Positions 9,255-18,256 of a stretch of DNA of 64,000 nt are shown in pieces. Position 1 is the first letter of the stretch, and the number at the start of each line of letters is the position of its first letter. The stretch comes from Clostridia bacterium (GTDB lineage: Bacteria; Bacillota; Clostridia; Oscillospirales; UBA644), in assembly GCA_017427285.1 (NCBI GenBank), contig JAFRTE010000035.1, positions 6,038-70,037 of the forward strand. The letters are read 5' to 3'. The position numbers were made by a program, and so were the translations under genes. The notes beneath the pieces are model-generated. The model saw nothing but the letters and a program-made list of their open reading frames with translations, was not told the DNA's origin and searched no databases.

Positions 9255-9297
9255 GTATACACGAAATGTGATATTTTAATATTTGGGAGGGGAGCGT

Positions 9298-9726
9298 ATG
9301 GAAAACAAGTATGCGGGAATACTTTTTTTGCCGTATCATGTTCCGGCTTTGCCCGCGGGGAGAGGGCGCGCAAATTACGCTGCGCAGTTTTCTCCGTTTG
9401 CCGCGCTTGCGGGATATGAGGGTATTGTCCGCGAAACGGAAAGGTATACGGAATACAGACCCGAGATTGACGAAAGCGAAAAAATGCGCATCGGGTGGAA
9501 GCTTAAACTGATTCTTGCCAAAGCGGATGAAAAACACGAGATCACCGTAACGTATTTTGTTGCGGACCCGTTCAAGCCGGGCGGTGCATACGTTACGTCA
9601 AAAGGGGCGGTTAAATCGTTTGACGGTTATCGGGGCGTCGTTGTTTTTACGGACGGAACGGAGATACCGGCGGAGGATATTCTGGCGCTTGATGCGGATA
9701 TAACCGATGCTGCAGACGGTTTATAG
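9298..9726 (+). CDS. YolD-like protein
   Basis: RANYAAQFSPFAALAGY motif and C-terminal ITVTYF...GGAYVT...G beta domain; adjacent to UmuC-like gene. Confidence 0.85.
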   Translation: MENKYAGILFLPYHVPALPAGRGRANYAAQFSPFAALAGYEGIVRETERYTEYRPEIDESEKMRIGWKLKLILAKADEKHEITVTYFVADPFKPGGAYVTSKGAVKSFDGYRGVVVFTDGTEIPAEDILALDADITDAADGL

Positions 9727-9734
9727 CGGGCGTG

Positions 9735-9763
9735 TTGACAAATTCCGAGGAAAATGGTATAAT
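9735..9763 (+). promoter_or_regulatory. sigmaA promoter
   Basis: TTGACA-17-TATAAT with TG extension. Confidence 0.75.
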
Positions 9764-9795
9764 TGCCGCAACAGGATATAGGGAGGAACGATATT

Positions 9796-10110
9796 ATGGA
9801 AAGATCTTACGGGGAATCGGAATTTAACGGCGGACTTCTCGGTCTTATCGGCATAAAAATACTTCAGGCGATTATCACAACTTTTACTCTCGGTATAGCC
9901 GTTCCGTGGGCGGTATGCATGAAAGAGAGATGGATAGCTCAGCATACCCGTATAGACGGCAGACAGGTGTTTTTTGACGGCACGGGAGGACAGCTTTTCG
10001 GCAATTACATAAAGTGGTTTCTTCTTACGGTAATTACGCTCGGCATCTACGGCTTCTGGCTCGATATAAAAATGAAAAAGTGGGTCGTAAAGCATACGCA
10101 TCTGGCGTAA
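9796..10110 (+). CDS. DUF898/YjgN-like small membrane protein
   Basis: TLGIAVPWA, IDGRQVFFDGTGGQLFG, ITLGIYGFW repeats; SD GGAGG. Confidence 0.85.
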   Translation: MERSYGESEFNGGLLGLIGIKILQAIITTFTLGIAVPWAVCMKERWIAQHTRIDGRQVFFDGTGGQLFGNYIKWFLLTVITLGIYGFWLDIKMKKWVVKHTHLA

Positions 10111-10136
10111 AATCGTCAGGAAAATCATTTGAACTC

Positions 10137-10177
10137 AAAAAAACAGAGGGGGAAAACATATTTTCCTCTGTTTTTTT
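10137..10177 (+). terminator. Intrinsic terminator
   Basis: AAACAGAGG/CCTCTGTTT stem followed by T-tract. Confidence 0.75.
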
Positions 10178-10298
10178 ACATTCTTTGCCGTTCTTTTTCC
10201 ATTTTTCCTATTGCATTTTTTGAGAATATCTGTTATAATATGCTAAATAGGCAATTTTGCTTTTTTTATAAAATTCTACTTCACAGTTTATTCTTGAA

Positions 10299-11123
10299 TT
10301 GGAGCTGATTATTTTGGAAACCAGAGATTTCGCGAAAAACATGCGAAAACTGATAGTTGAAGCTATCTATAATTCCGGCAGCGGACATCCGGGAGGTTCT
10401 CTTTCGTGCGCGGATATAGTTGCCGTGCTTTTCAACGAGGAAATGAACAAATCCCCCGAAAATCCGTGCGATCCGAACAGAGACCGCTTTGTTATGTCCA
10501 AGGGCCATGCGGCGGCAACTCTTTACTCCGCGCTTGCCCTGAAGGGCTTCTTCCCCGAAGAGGAAATGAAAACATTCAGAAAAATGAGCGGACGTCTCGA
10601 AGGACACCCCGATATGAAAAAGATTCCCGGCGTTGATATGTCCACGGGTTCTCTCGGTCAGGGCATTTCAGCTGCATGCGGCATGGCGGTATACGGAAAA
10701 AGAGCCGAAAAACCGTACCGCGTTTACGCCGTAATGGGCGACGGCGAGCTTGAAGAGGGACAGTGCTGGGAAGCGTTTATGTTCGCTGCACACTACAAAC
10801 TTGACAATCTCTGCGTATTTATAGATTTTAACGGACTTCAGATAGACGGCGAGATAACAAAAGTTATGTCTCCTCTTCCCATCCCCGAAAAAATGAAGGC
10901 ATTCGGTTTCAACGTGATCGAAATAGACGGCCATAATCTTGACGAGATACGCGCCGCGCTGAAAAACGCAAAAGAAACAAAGGGCATGCCCACCGCAGTT
11001 GTCTGCCACACGGTAAAAGGCAAAGGCGTTTCGTTTATGGAAAACGTTGCAAGCTGGCACGGCACCGCTCCCAACAAAGAGCAATACGAACAGGCAGTAA
11101 AGGAGATAGAAGCAAATGGCTGA
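10299..11123 (+). CDS. Transketolase, N-terminal (TPP-binding) subunit
   Basis: SGHPGGSLS, RDRFVMSKGH, STGSLGQG, GDGELEEG motifs; start uncertain (TTG). Confidence 0.93.
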   Translation: MELIILETRDFAKNMRKLIVEAIYNSGSGHPGGSLSCADIVAVLFNEEMNKSPENPCDPNRDRFVMSKGHAAATLYSALALKGFFPEEEMKTFRKMSGRLEGHPDMKKIPGVDMSTGSLGQGISAACGMAVYGKRAEKPYRVYAVMGDGELEEGQCWEAFMFAAHYKLDNLCVFIDFNGLQIDGEITKVMSPLPIPEKMKAFGFNVIEIDGHNLDEIRAALKNAKETKGMPTAVVCHTVKGKGVSFMENVASWHGTAPNKEQYEQAVKEIEANG

Positions 11124-12093
11124 TATGAAAGCTCAGAGAGACGCTTACGGAGAAGTACTTGCGGAACTCGGAAGAAAATACCCGAATATGTTCGTTCTTG
11201 ACGCAGACCTTACCAAATCCACAAAGACGGTTACGTTTCAGAAAGAATTTCCCGAACGTCACATAAACTGCGGTATCGCGGAAGGAAACATGATGGCCGT
11301 AGCGGCCGGTATCGCAACGTGCGGCAATATCGTTTTTGCCTCGTCGTTTGCAATGTTTGCCGCAGGACGCGCATACGAACAGATAAGAAACAGCGTATGC
11401 TATGCGCATAACAACGTCAAAATAGTTGCGACCCACGCGGGTCTTACCGTCGGCGAGGACGGCGCAACGCATCAGTGTCTTGAAGATCTCGGACTTATGC
11501 GCTCTATACCCGGAATGGTCGTTTTGGCGCCCTCGGACGCAGGTTCGACAAAAGCTGCCTGCCGTTTTGCGGCGGAATACGACGGACCCGTTTATATCCG
11601 TCTCGGCAGACTTCCCCTCACAAAATTCAACGATGAAGAAAATTACAAATTCGGTCTTGAACAGGCAGACGTGCTTGCTGACGGCGATTTTGCCACGGTT
11701 ATGTTCTGCGGACCGTTTTACGATCTTGCAATGCAGGTTAGAGAGCTGTTTGCCAAAAACGGACTCAATATCCGCGTAGTTGACGTTCCCTGCATAAAGC
11801 CCATAAACAGAACGGTTGTCAAAAACGCCGTTAAAGAAACAAAAACGATAGTTACGATCGAAGACCACAATATCTACGGCGGTCTCGGCTCTGCGGTCGC
11901 CGAAGCGATAGCCGAAGAGGATATTCCCGAAAGAAAATCCGTTGAGCTTATCAGGATCGGCGCTCAGGATATATTCGGAAAATCCGGCGCGCCCAAGGAG
12001 CTTCTCGAGCGCTACGGCTTCTCGGCTGTCGAAATCGCAAAAAAAATCATCAAAACCGTTTGTCCCGGTTGCGAAAAGAATTTCACTTTTTAA
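11116..12093 (+). CDS. Transketolase, C-terminal subunit
   Basis: GIAEGNM, GEDGATHQ, GPVYIRLGR, GGLGSAVAE motifs. Confidence 0.93.
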   Translation: MADMKAQRDAYGEVLAELGRKYPNMFVLDADLTKSTKTVTFQKEFPERHINCGIAEGNMMAVAAGIATCGNIVFASSFAMFAAGRAYEQIRNSVCYAHNNVKIVATHAGLTVGEDGATHQCLEDLGLMRSIPGMVVLAPSDAGSTKAACRFAAEYDGPVYIRLGRLPLTKFNDEENYKFGLEQADVLADGDFATVMFCGPFYDLAMQVRELFAKNGLNIRVVDVPCIKPINRTVVKNAVKETKTIVTIEDHNIYGGLGSAVAEAIAEEDIPERKSVELIRIGAQDIFGKSGAPKELLERYGFSAVEIAKKIIKTVCPGCEKNFTF

Positions 12094-12104
12094 ACGCATT
12101 CAAA

Positions 12105-12147
12105 CCGACGGCGGAGAAATCCGTTTTCCGCCGTCGGAACATTTTTT
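12105..12147 (+). terminator. Intrinsic terminator
   Basis: CCGACGGCGGA/TCCGCCGTCGG stem then T-tract. Confidence 0.7.
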
Positions 12148-12257
12148 AAAAAATACAGTCTAATTAACCGAAAACACAACACACTTTTACACCAAGAGTT
12201 CGTTTTACTTACGAAAATCCAAATTACAGCCCGTAAAACGGCGGAACGGAGAAAAAA

Positions 12258-13865
12258 ATGCAGATAAAAAACGGCCAAGCGATATTATCTCTTGTTCTCG
12301 CGGTAATAATGATTGCATTCCTTGCCGCATGCGGCGAACCCGAAGAACAGCAAACAGGTAATCCCGTAATGAAAGTTATGCTCAATATAACCGAGTATGA
12401 TTTCACTTCACCCGACGAGTCGATCCGTCTTTCGGCGGTTGTTTTGCCCGAAGACGCGGACGACAAGACGCTCACATGGACAAACAGCGATCCGAACGTT
12501 GCAGCGCTGAACGACGAATACACGGTAGTTCCCCTTGTTAACGGCGAAACCGTTATAACGGTAACTTCCGTTGCGAGCGGACTGAGCGCAGAATGTAAAA
12601 TAACCGTCAATCTCCCCGAAGTGGAGCCGCCTGTGCTTACAACTCCCGTAACAGGTGTAATTATTTCTCTCACGGAGCTGACATTTGACGAAATCGGCGC
12701 GTCCGAACAGATAACCGCAGACGTAACACCGTTTTCCGCAACAAATCAGAACGTAACGTGGATTAGCACCGACCCCGCCGTTGCAACGGTTGACGAAACG
12801 GGAAAAGTAACTGCCGTAAAAGAAGGAAATACCGTAATAGCGGTTACTACCGAAGACGGCGGATTTTCCGCAACGTGCGCGGTAACGGTTGCGATACCCA
12901 AAGCCGAAACGCCTTCCGAAAGCACAACCGAAAGCAACAGCGGTTCGAGCAGCTCCGGCAACTCAGGCACTTCGAGCGGCAATTCGGGAAATTCGGGCAG
13001 CAGCTCCGGCAACTCCGGGAGCAGTTCGGGCAGCAGCTCCGGCAGCAGTTCGGGCAGCAGCTCCGGCAATTCCGGCAGCTCGAGCACTTCCGTTAAGCTC
13101 CCGTCTATTCCCGCTGCAAAAACGGACTCCGACCACTTCCTTATTTCCGACAACCTTCTTGATTTCAACAAGGTAAATCCCGATGTCAAGGCATGGCTCT
13201 ATGTTCCGGGAACGAATATGAACTTCCCCGTAGCGCAGACGACCGACAACGATTATTATCTTACAAGAGGCCTTGACAAAAAGTCTAAATACACGGGTTC
13301 GTGCTACGTAGACCACCGCAACGAGCTTCTTATAGACTCCAATACGATTCTTTACGGACATGCGAAGGGCACTGATATTTTCGACCAGCTTGAAAACGTT
13401 ACTCAGACAAAAGAATGGTTCTCCAAAAAGGACAATATGTATGTCTGCCTGAATACTCTTACGGAGCTTACCGTATGGCAGGTATTCGCATGCTATTATA
13501 CAGACTCAGACGAATATTACTATCTTTATACAAACTTCTATCTGGACGAGCAGACCGTTTTGAAAAAGTATAATGAACTTGCCGCAACAGACCCCGAAAA
13601 GGCAGTTTTCGGATTGCTCGATCCTCAAACGATGCACGATTTCATGACCGATGACGAGGCGTTCGTCAACTTTATGACGGGCTGGAGACAGCGCGTTGTA
13701 ACTTATAAATACAACGAAGTAAACAATTATCTCAAGAGCCGTGATTACGGAGTAAAGATCGAACCGGGCGACAAAGTTATCACTCTTTCAACGTGCGCCG
13801 ATGCATCCGGTCCCATACGCTACATCCTTCTTGCAAAGCTTATAGCCACAAAACCGAGACCGTAA
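12258..13865 (+). CDS. Lipoprotein with two Big_2 Ig-like domains, Ser/Gly linker and C-terminal class B sortase domain
   Basis: Lipobox FLAAC; two Big_2 repeats (WTNSDPNVA, WISTDPAVATVD); NPDVKAWLYVPGT, DNDYYL, ILYGH, ITLSTC...R sortase B motifs. Confidence 0.85.
   Translation: MQIKNGQAILSLVLAVIMIAFLAACGEPEEQQTGNPVMKVMLNITEYDFTSPDESIRLSAVVLPEDADDKTLTWTNSDPNVAALNDEYTVVPLVNGETVITVTSVASGLSAECKITVNLPEVEPPVLTTPVTGVIISLTELTFDEIGASEQITADVTPFSATNQNVTWISTDPAVATVDETGKVTAVKEGNTVIAVTTEDGGFSATCAVTVAIPKAETPSESTTESNSGSSSSGNSGTSSGNSGNSGSSSGNSGSSSGSSSGSSSGSSSGNSGSSSTSVKLPSIPAAKTDSDHFLISDNLLDFNKVNPDVKAWLYVPGTNMNFPVAQTTDNDYYLTRGLDKKSKYTGSCYVDHRNELLIDSNTILYGHAKGTDIFDQLENVTQTKEWFSKKDNMYVCLNTLTELTVWQVFACYYTDSDEYYYLYTNFYLDEQTVLKKYNELAATDPEKAVFGLLDPQTMHDFMTDDEAFVNFMTGWRQRVVTYKYNEVNNYLKSRDYGVKIEPGDKVITLSTCADASGPIRYILLAKLIATKPRP
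12935..13090 (+). repeat. Low-complexity tandem repeat encoding SSGS/SGNS linker
   Basis: Recurrent GGCAGCAGCTCC / GGCAGCAGTTCG units in frame. Confidence 0.85.
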
Positions 13866-13898
13866 CCGTGAAAAATCGGCAAAAAACGCATTTGTAAA

Positions 13899-13968
13899 GC
13901 AACTTACCGCCTAAAATCTGCAACTTACTTAAAAGAGGCTTGATTTCAGGCGGTTTTTGTTGTATAAT
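13899..13968 (+). promoter_or_regulatory. GCAACTTAC-N12-GCAACTTAC direct repeat upstream of a TTGATT-17-TATAAT promoter
   Basis: Exact 9-bp repeats at 13899-13907 and 13920-13928; -35 at 13940-13945, -10 at 13963-13968. Confidence 0.65.
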
Positions 13969-14027
13969 TGTTATATCGAAACGAGAATACTGTTAATTGA
14001 TATATTTTTATTTGAAAGGCAAGGACT

Positions 14028-15671
14028 ATGGAAAACAGCGAAAACAAAACAGTCGAAAATGAAGCTGTAAGCCCTGTTGAGAAAAAACCCGAACCCGAAA
14101 ACGCTCCCGAAGAAAAGGCAGACGGTAAAACCGCTGCTGAAAATACGGAAAATACGGCGGAAACAAAGGCCGAAGAGGCGACGGAGCCGAAAGAGGAAAA
14201 GACGGAAGAAAAACCCGAAGAACCCGCCGCGGAAAAACAGGAAGACGCCGCAGAGGCGAAAGCCGAAGATATCTCGACGGAAAAAGCGGAAGAGTCCGAA
14301 AAGGCAGATCCCACGTCGGAAGAAGCGGATACAAAGGTATTTCCTGTCGTTGCCGCTGAGACCGATACAAAAAAATTCCCCGCTGTTTCCGCAGGTTCGG
14401 ATCCCGCCGAAAAACACGCCGAAGAAACGGAAAAGAAAAAAGAAGAAAAGCCGAAAAGGTCAAAATCAAAAACAAGTCCCGTAAGAATAGTTATCCTTGT
14501 TGTCTGCATTGCCGTTTTCGCATTTTCGGGCTATAAAATAGTAATGGAGATAATCGACGGCATAAATACGGATAAGATGTCGGGCGATATATGGGAAACG
14601 GTAAGATCCGACGATGAAGAATTTGAAGCAAACCACGACGACATAAACGTCCCTCCCGCGCCGATAGATCCAAACGTTTCGGGCTACGGAACAGGCAAAA
14701 CGCCTTCTCAGGAAACAACCGAAAACACGGAAAATCAGCAGAGCGGTCAGAGCGTGGAAAACAGCGAGAATACCGAAAACACTGAAAATCCGCCCGAAGA
14801 AAACCCCGACGATATTTCGCAGACTGTAACTCCCTCGACGCCCGAAAATACCGATCCGTCAGGCGAAACGGAAGACAATCAGGAGTATAACGACAGAACT
14901 TACGAAGAAGAGCTTCAGGAACAGGAAGAAACAGCCGAAGAGGAAGATACGCAGTATTACATCCGCCGTCCGTCAAAAGACAGGGATACAAAAGAAATCG
15001 GCGTTGTTATCCGTCCCGAAGAAATAAAAATGTCTTCGGTAACTTATCTGAGAGTAAGCAATTTAAAGAGTCTTCTCAACATAAACTCGGATACGGTCGG
15101 CTGGATTTATCTTCCGGGCTCGAAAGAAGAGGCGAAGGGCACTCCTATAGATACCGCAATAGTGCAGACTACCGACAACGACTTTTATCTCGACCATACT
15201 TTCGATAAAAAAGAAAACGCCAACGGCTGGGTCTATGCAGACTACCGCTGCAATATGGACAGCATAACAAGCAACTACAATACCGTAATTTACGGTCACG
15301 CAAGAAGCTATACGATGTTCGGAGGTCTTAAAAACCTCAACGAGGCGGTTGAATGGTATTCGGACGGCTACAATCATTTTATCAAGATAAACACGTTCAA
15401 GGACGAAACCGTATGGCAGATATTCTCATGGTATGAAACGGATATCTACTTCGATTATATCAAAACCGATTTTGCCGATTCAAACGATTTTATAAGGTTT
15501 GCATACGAAGTTCAGCGCAAAAATCAGATGGAAGGCGTTTTTGAAACGTTTGAGTTCAGCGAAAACGACAGGATACTCACGCTTTCCACCTGCAAGGGCT
15601 TTGACAGAGCCGTACGCGTTGCGGTCCACGCAAAGCTTGTCAAACGCAACGATTTAACTCAGAAGCAGTAA
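14028..15671 (+). CDS. Class B sortase with long acidic N-terminal region, TM anchor and acidic stalk
   Basis: TM IVILVVCIAVFAFSGYKI; NSDTVGWIY, DNDFYLDH, NTVIYGH, ILTLSTC...R motifs. Confidence 0.88.
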   Translation: MENSENKTVENEAVSPVEKKPEPENAPEEKADGKTAAENTENTAETKAEEATEPKEEKTEEKPEEPAAEKQEDAAEAKAEDISTEKAEESEKADPTSEEADTKVFPVVAAETDTKKFPAVSAGSDPAEKHAEETEKKKEEKPKRSKSKTSPVRIVILVVCIAVFAFSGYKIVMEIIDGINTDKMSGDIWETVRSDDEEFEANHDDINVPPAPIDPNVSGYGTGKTPSQETTENTENQQSGQSVENSENTENTENPPEENPDDISQTVTPSTPENTDPSGETEDNQEYNDRTYEEELQEQEETAEEEDTQYYIRRPSKDRDTKEIGVVIRPEEIKMSSVTYLRVSNLKSLLNINSDTVGWIYLPGSKEEAKGTPIDTAIVQTTDNDFYLDHTFDKKENANGWVYADYRCNMDSITSNYNTVIYGHARSYTMFGGLKNLNEAVEWYSDGYNHFIKINTFKDETVWQIFSWYETDIYFDYIKTDFADSNDFIRFAYEVQRKNQMEGVFETFEFSENDRILTLSTCKGFDRAVRVAVHAKLVKRNDLTQKQ

Positions 15672-15689
15672 TTTCAGGGAGATACGCTC

Positions 15690-16187
15690 ATGCCGGATAT
15701 GCTCGTTAAGCTTTTCACCCTTCCGCCGCTTCAGCCCGAACTTGACAGAATGGCGTCGGCAGGTATTACCGTCAGAAGACCGATCGGCCCCGAAAACTAC
15801 GCCGTTACGGAATGGATAAAAAAATATTTTCCCGATTCGCTTTGGGCGGCAGAGGCGGAAAATGCATTTTTCAACAGTCCCAAAACAATCTACATTGCGC
15901 TGCGTGAAACCGAAAACGGCAGCGAAATGCTCGGCTTTGCCTGCTGGGACGCTACGGTGCGCAACTTCTTCGGTCCTACCGGCGTTAAGGAAAGCGAACG
16001 CGGAAAGGGGATAGGAAAAGCGCTTTTGCTTGCATGCCTTCACGGTATGCGCGAGGACGGCTACGCCTATGCTGTCATAGGAAGTCCCGGACCGGTTGCG
16101 TTTTACGAAAAATGCTGCGGGGCAAGGATGATCGAAGACTCCGGACGGAGCGTATACAAGGGAATGTTTACCGGAAAAATTTTATAA
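15690..16187 (+). CDS. GNAT family N-acetyltransferase
   Basis: FFGPTGV..ERGKGIGKALL acetyl-CoA motif; FYEK. Confidence 0.9.
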   Translation: MPDMLVKLFTLPPLQPELDRMASAGITVRRPIGPENYAVTEWIKKYFPDSLWAAEAENAFFNSPKTIYIALRETENGSEMLGFACWDATVRNFFGPTGVKESERGKGIGKALLLACLHGMREDGYAYAVIGSPGPVAFYEKCCGARMIEDSGRSVYKGMFTGKIL

Positions 16188-16228
16188 AAAATGAGAGCGT
16201 AAGTAAATCTTACGCTCTTACTTTTTTT
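16187..16228. terminator. Bidirectional intrinsic terminator
   Basis: AGAGCGTAAG/CTTACGCTCT stem between convergent genes. Confidence 0.75.
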
Positions 16229-16244
16229 ATAATCAGTTTTAAAA

Positions 16245-17828
16245 TCAGTTTAAATATTGCTTCCAGGGTATCCTCTTTGCGGAGATCGCACGGATATCCG
16301 ATCTTGTGTCGTAAATGGCCGTAGCTCCGTTTTCTCTTACGGTAAAGAGAACCTCAAACTCCGTTTCGCCCTTCTTTTTCATATGTATGCAGTCTTTTAT
16401 AAGATGCTTTCCGAGCACAGCTTCAACCGTTCTTGACGGCACATACCGTCCGTCGCTTTCAAAAAGAAGACCCTTTTCCGTCATTCTGTCAACCGTTTCT
16501 TCAACAGCCGAAATATCGGAAAGAGCGCCGAAAGTTTCCGCGGTTTTGAAAAAACCTTCCTCTTCAAGCCCTTCTTTCAGCTTTCCGCAGATATCCGGGC
16601 GCACAATATCGTCGATTTCGAACGGATCGCGGAAATCGAGTATCTGTGAAAGACAGTAAAGCGAAAATTCGGGATATTCAAACGAAATATCCGCAGTAGG
16701 GATCGTTTTTTCAGCGCCGTAAATGTCGAAAACTTCCGAAATCCAGCCGCAAAGAGAGTCGATACTCTCAAAGATACGTATCTGAATATTTTCGTTTCCG
16801 TTTACGGCGTACCAGTTGCCGCCGCATGTGCAGAAAGTATATTTGCCGGAAAAAACGGTGTCAAATGTAATTGCCGTTTTTGCAAGCGCGATTTCCGTAA
16901 GACAGTCAGAAACGTTTTCCTCCGTTTTCAGACCGCCGTCTGTTTTCAGCACTATCCCTTCAAGAATAAGCGCTGCAAGAGTGTCGCCTCTGTCCGAAGT
17001 GTCGGGAACAGTGAAGGGAGACAGCTTATTGGGAGATACGCGCATAACGTTTAAAAGAACGGCGAGCTCGTCTTTTGAAAACGTTACGTCCGCAGCGTCG
17101 GTCGGCGAAAAAACCGCTTTGTCCGGTCTGCTTTTTCCCGAAATCGCAATCGTTTTATAAAGTCTGTATGCTCCGCTCGATTTATTTTCCGCAACCGGCG
17201 GTTTTTCGGGCGGCGCTTCGGGCAGCTCGTCCTCTTCTTCGGGCTGAACGGGAGCGGAAACCGTAACGGGTTCTTTTTCCGCATTTGCCTGTTCGGGCAG
17301 TTCGGCGGCTTTCTTTGCGAAAAAGTCGGTTTTGTGGGCCGCTGCGCCGAGCGCGATGAGTATGAGCGCAAAGAATATCGCAAGCACGGGTATTACGGCG
17401 CTTTGCGGTTTGCCTATGTTGAGAAGGGAGATATTGCCCGATCTTCTTTGCTGTTCGGCATATAAAACTGCTTCTCTGTCGCTTCTGCAGTCGCAGAGAA
17501 TGCACGGTTTGCCGCAGCCGGCACAGAGACGGGAGGTATACGCGCTGTATTCTCCGTCGGTATCGGTTACCGTTTCGGCTCCGCACCAGCAGTTGCAGGT
17601 GCAGGAATACATATTCTGACCGCATTTTATGCAGTCGAAAGCGGAATGACCGTTTTCAGTTTCGGAATAATATTCTCTTCCGCAAAAGCAGTGGGTCCGT
17701 ATCAGCTCCGCATATTCGGGTTCAGTCTGTGCTTCGGCAGGATCGTCAATTTCGCTTTCCGCGAATACGGAAAGAGGAGCAAGCGCGAAAACGAGCGCCA
17801 TTAAAATCAGAAACAATTTCTTTTTCAT
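16245..17828 (-). CDS. Hypothetical single-pass membrane protein with Cys-rich N-terminal repeats
   Basis: Start MKKKLF (SD GGAGGTG, TGATG overlap); signal peptide; 13 Cys in two repeats; TM helix; ~330-aa C-terminal domain. Confidence 0.8.
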   Translation of the reverse strand: MKKKLFLILMALVFALAPLSVFAESEIDDPAEAQTEPEYAELIRTHCFCGREYYSETENGHSAFDCIKCGQNMYSCTCNCWCGAETVTDTDGEYSAYTSRLCAGCGKPCILCDCRSDREAVLYAEQQRRSGNISLLNIGKPQSAVIPVLAIFFALILIALGAAAHKTDFFAKKAAELPEQANAEKEPVTVSAPVQPEEEDELPEAPPEKPPVAENKSSGAYRLYKTIAISGKSRPDKAVFSPTDAADVTFSKDELAVLLNVMRVSPNKLSPFTVPDTSDRGDTLAALILEGIVLKTDGGLKTEENVSDCLTEIALAKTAITFDTVFSGKYTFCTCGGNWYAVNGNENIQIRIFESIDSLCGWISEVFDIYGAEKTIPTADISFEYPEFSLYCLSQILDFRDPFEIDDIVRPDICGKLKEGLEEEGFFKTAETFGALSDISAVEETVDRMTEKGLLFESDGRYVPSRTVEAVLGKHLIKDCIHMKKKGETEFEVLFTVRENGATAIYDTRSDIRAISAKRIPWKQYLN

Positions 17829-18244
17829 CACAGCACAACACCTCCGCAAAGAGATATGAGCGCAAAAAGCGTGATCGACGCTGTCCCGGCTCCCGCTATC
17901 ATGAGTGTTCCGCGCAGCGTTTTTGCTTTGTATTTTGAATATGCGTCAAGCGTTATTGCAATTATCCCCGCAGCGTAAAACGGCATAAAAAGATCCCAGC
18001 CGAGTATGATGCGCGAAGCTATGAGCATAAGGGGAAACGGAACATAATAAAGCCAGTCAACGTTTACTCCGATAAAATGGGGAAGCAGATACGAATAAAT
18101 CAGAAGCACCGCAGCCGCGGCTATTATGTAAAAAAGAGCTGAAAGGAGTATCGAGCCGATATCACCGTTAAGAGAAAAAATACCGCAAACGCCCGTGAGG
18201 ATGAGTGCGACGGTGCCGAAAATGAGATTTCTGTCTATTTTCAT
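17828..18244 (-). CDS. Hypothetical polytopic membrane protein
   Basis: 138 aa, about five hydrophobic segments, SD AAGGAGG. Confidence 0.8.
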   Translation of the reverse strand: MKIDRNLIFGTVALILTGVCGIFSLNGDIGSILLSALFYIIAAAAVLLIYSYLLPHFIGVNVDWLYYVPFPLMLIASRIILGWDLFMPFYAAGIIAITLDAYSKYKAKTLRGTLMIAGAGTASITLFALISLCGGVVL

Positions 18245-18256
18245 GATCGGTCCTCC

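Noticed and set aside
9120-9297. LexA/SOS box at the mutagenesis cassette
   Set aside because: No GAAC-N4-GTTC match on either strand
11035-12099. 354-aa minus-strand ORF
   Set aside because: Antisense shadow of transketolase C-terminal gene
12935-13090. Repeat array as possible CRISPR
   Set aside because: In-frame codon repeats for Ser/Gly with no unique spacers and no cas genes
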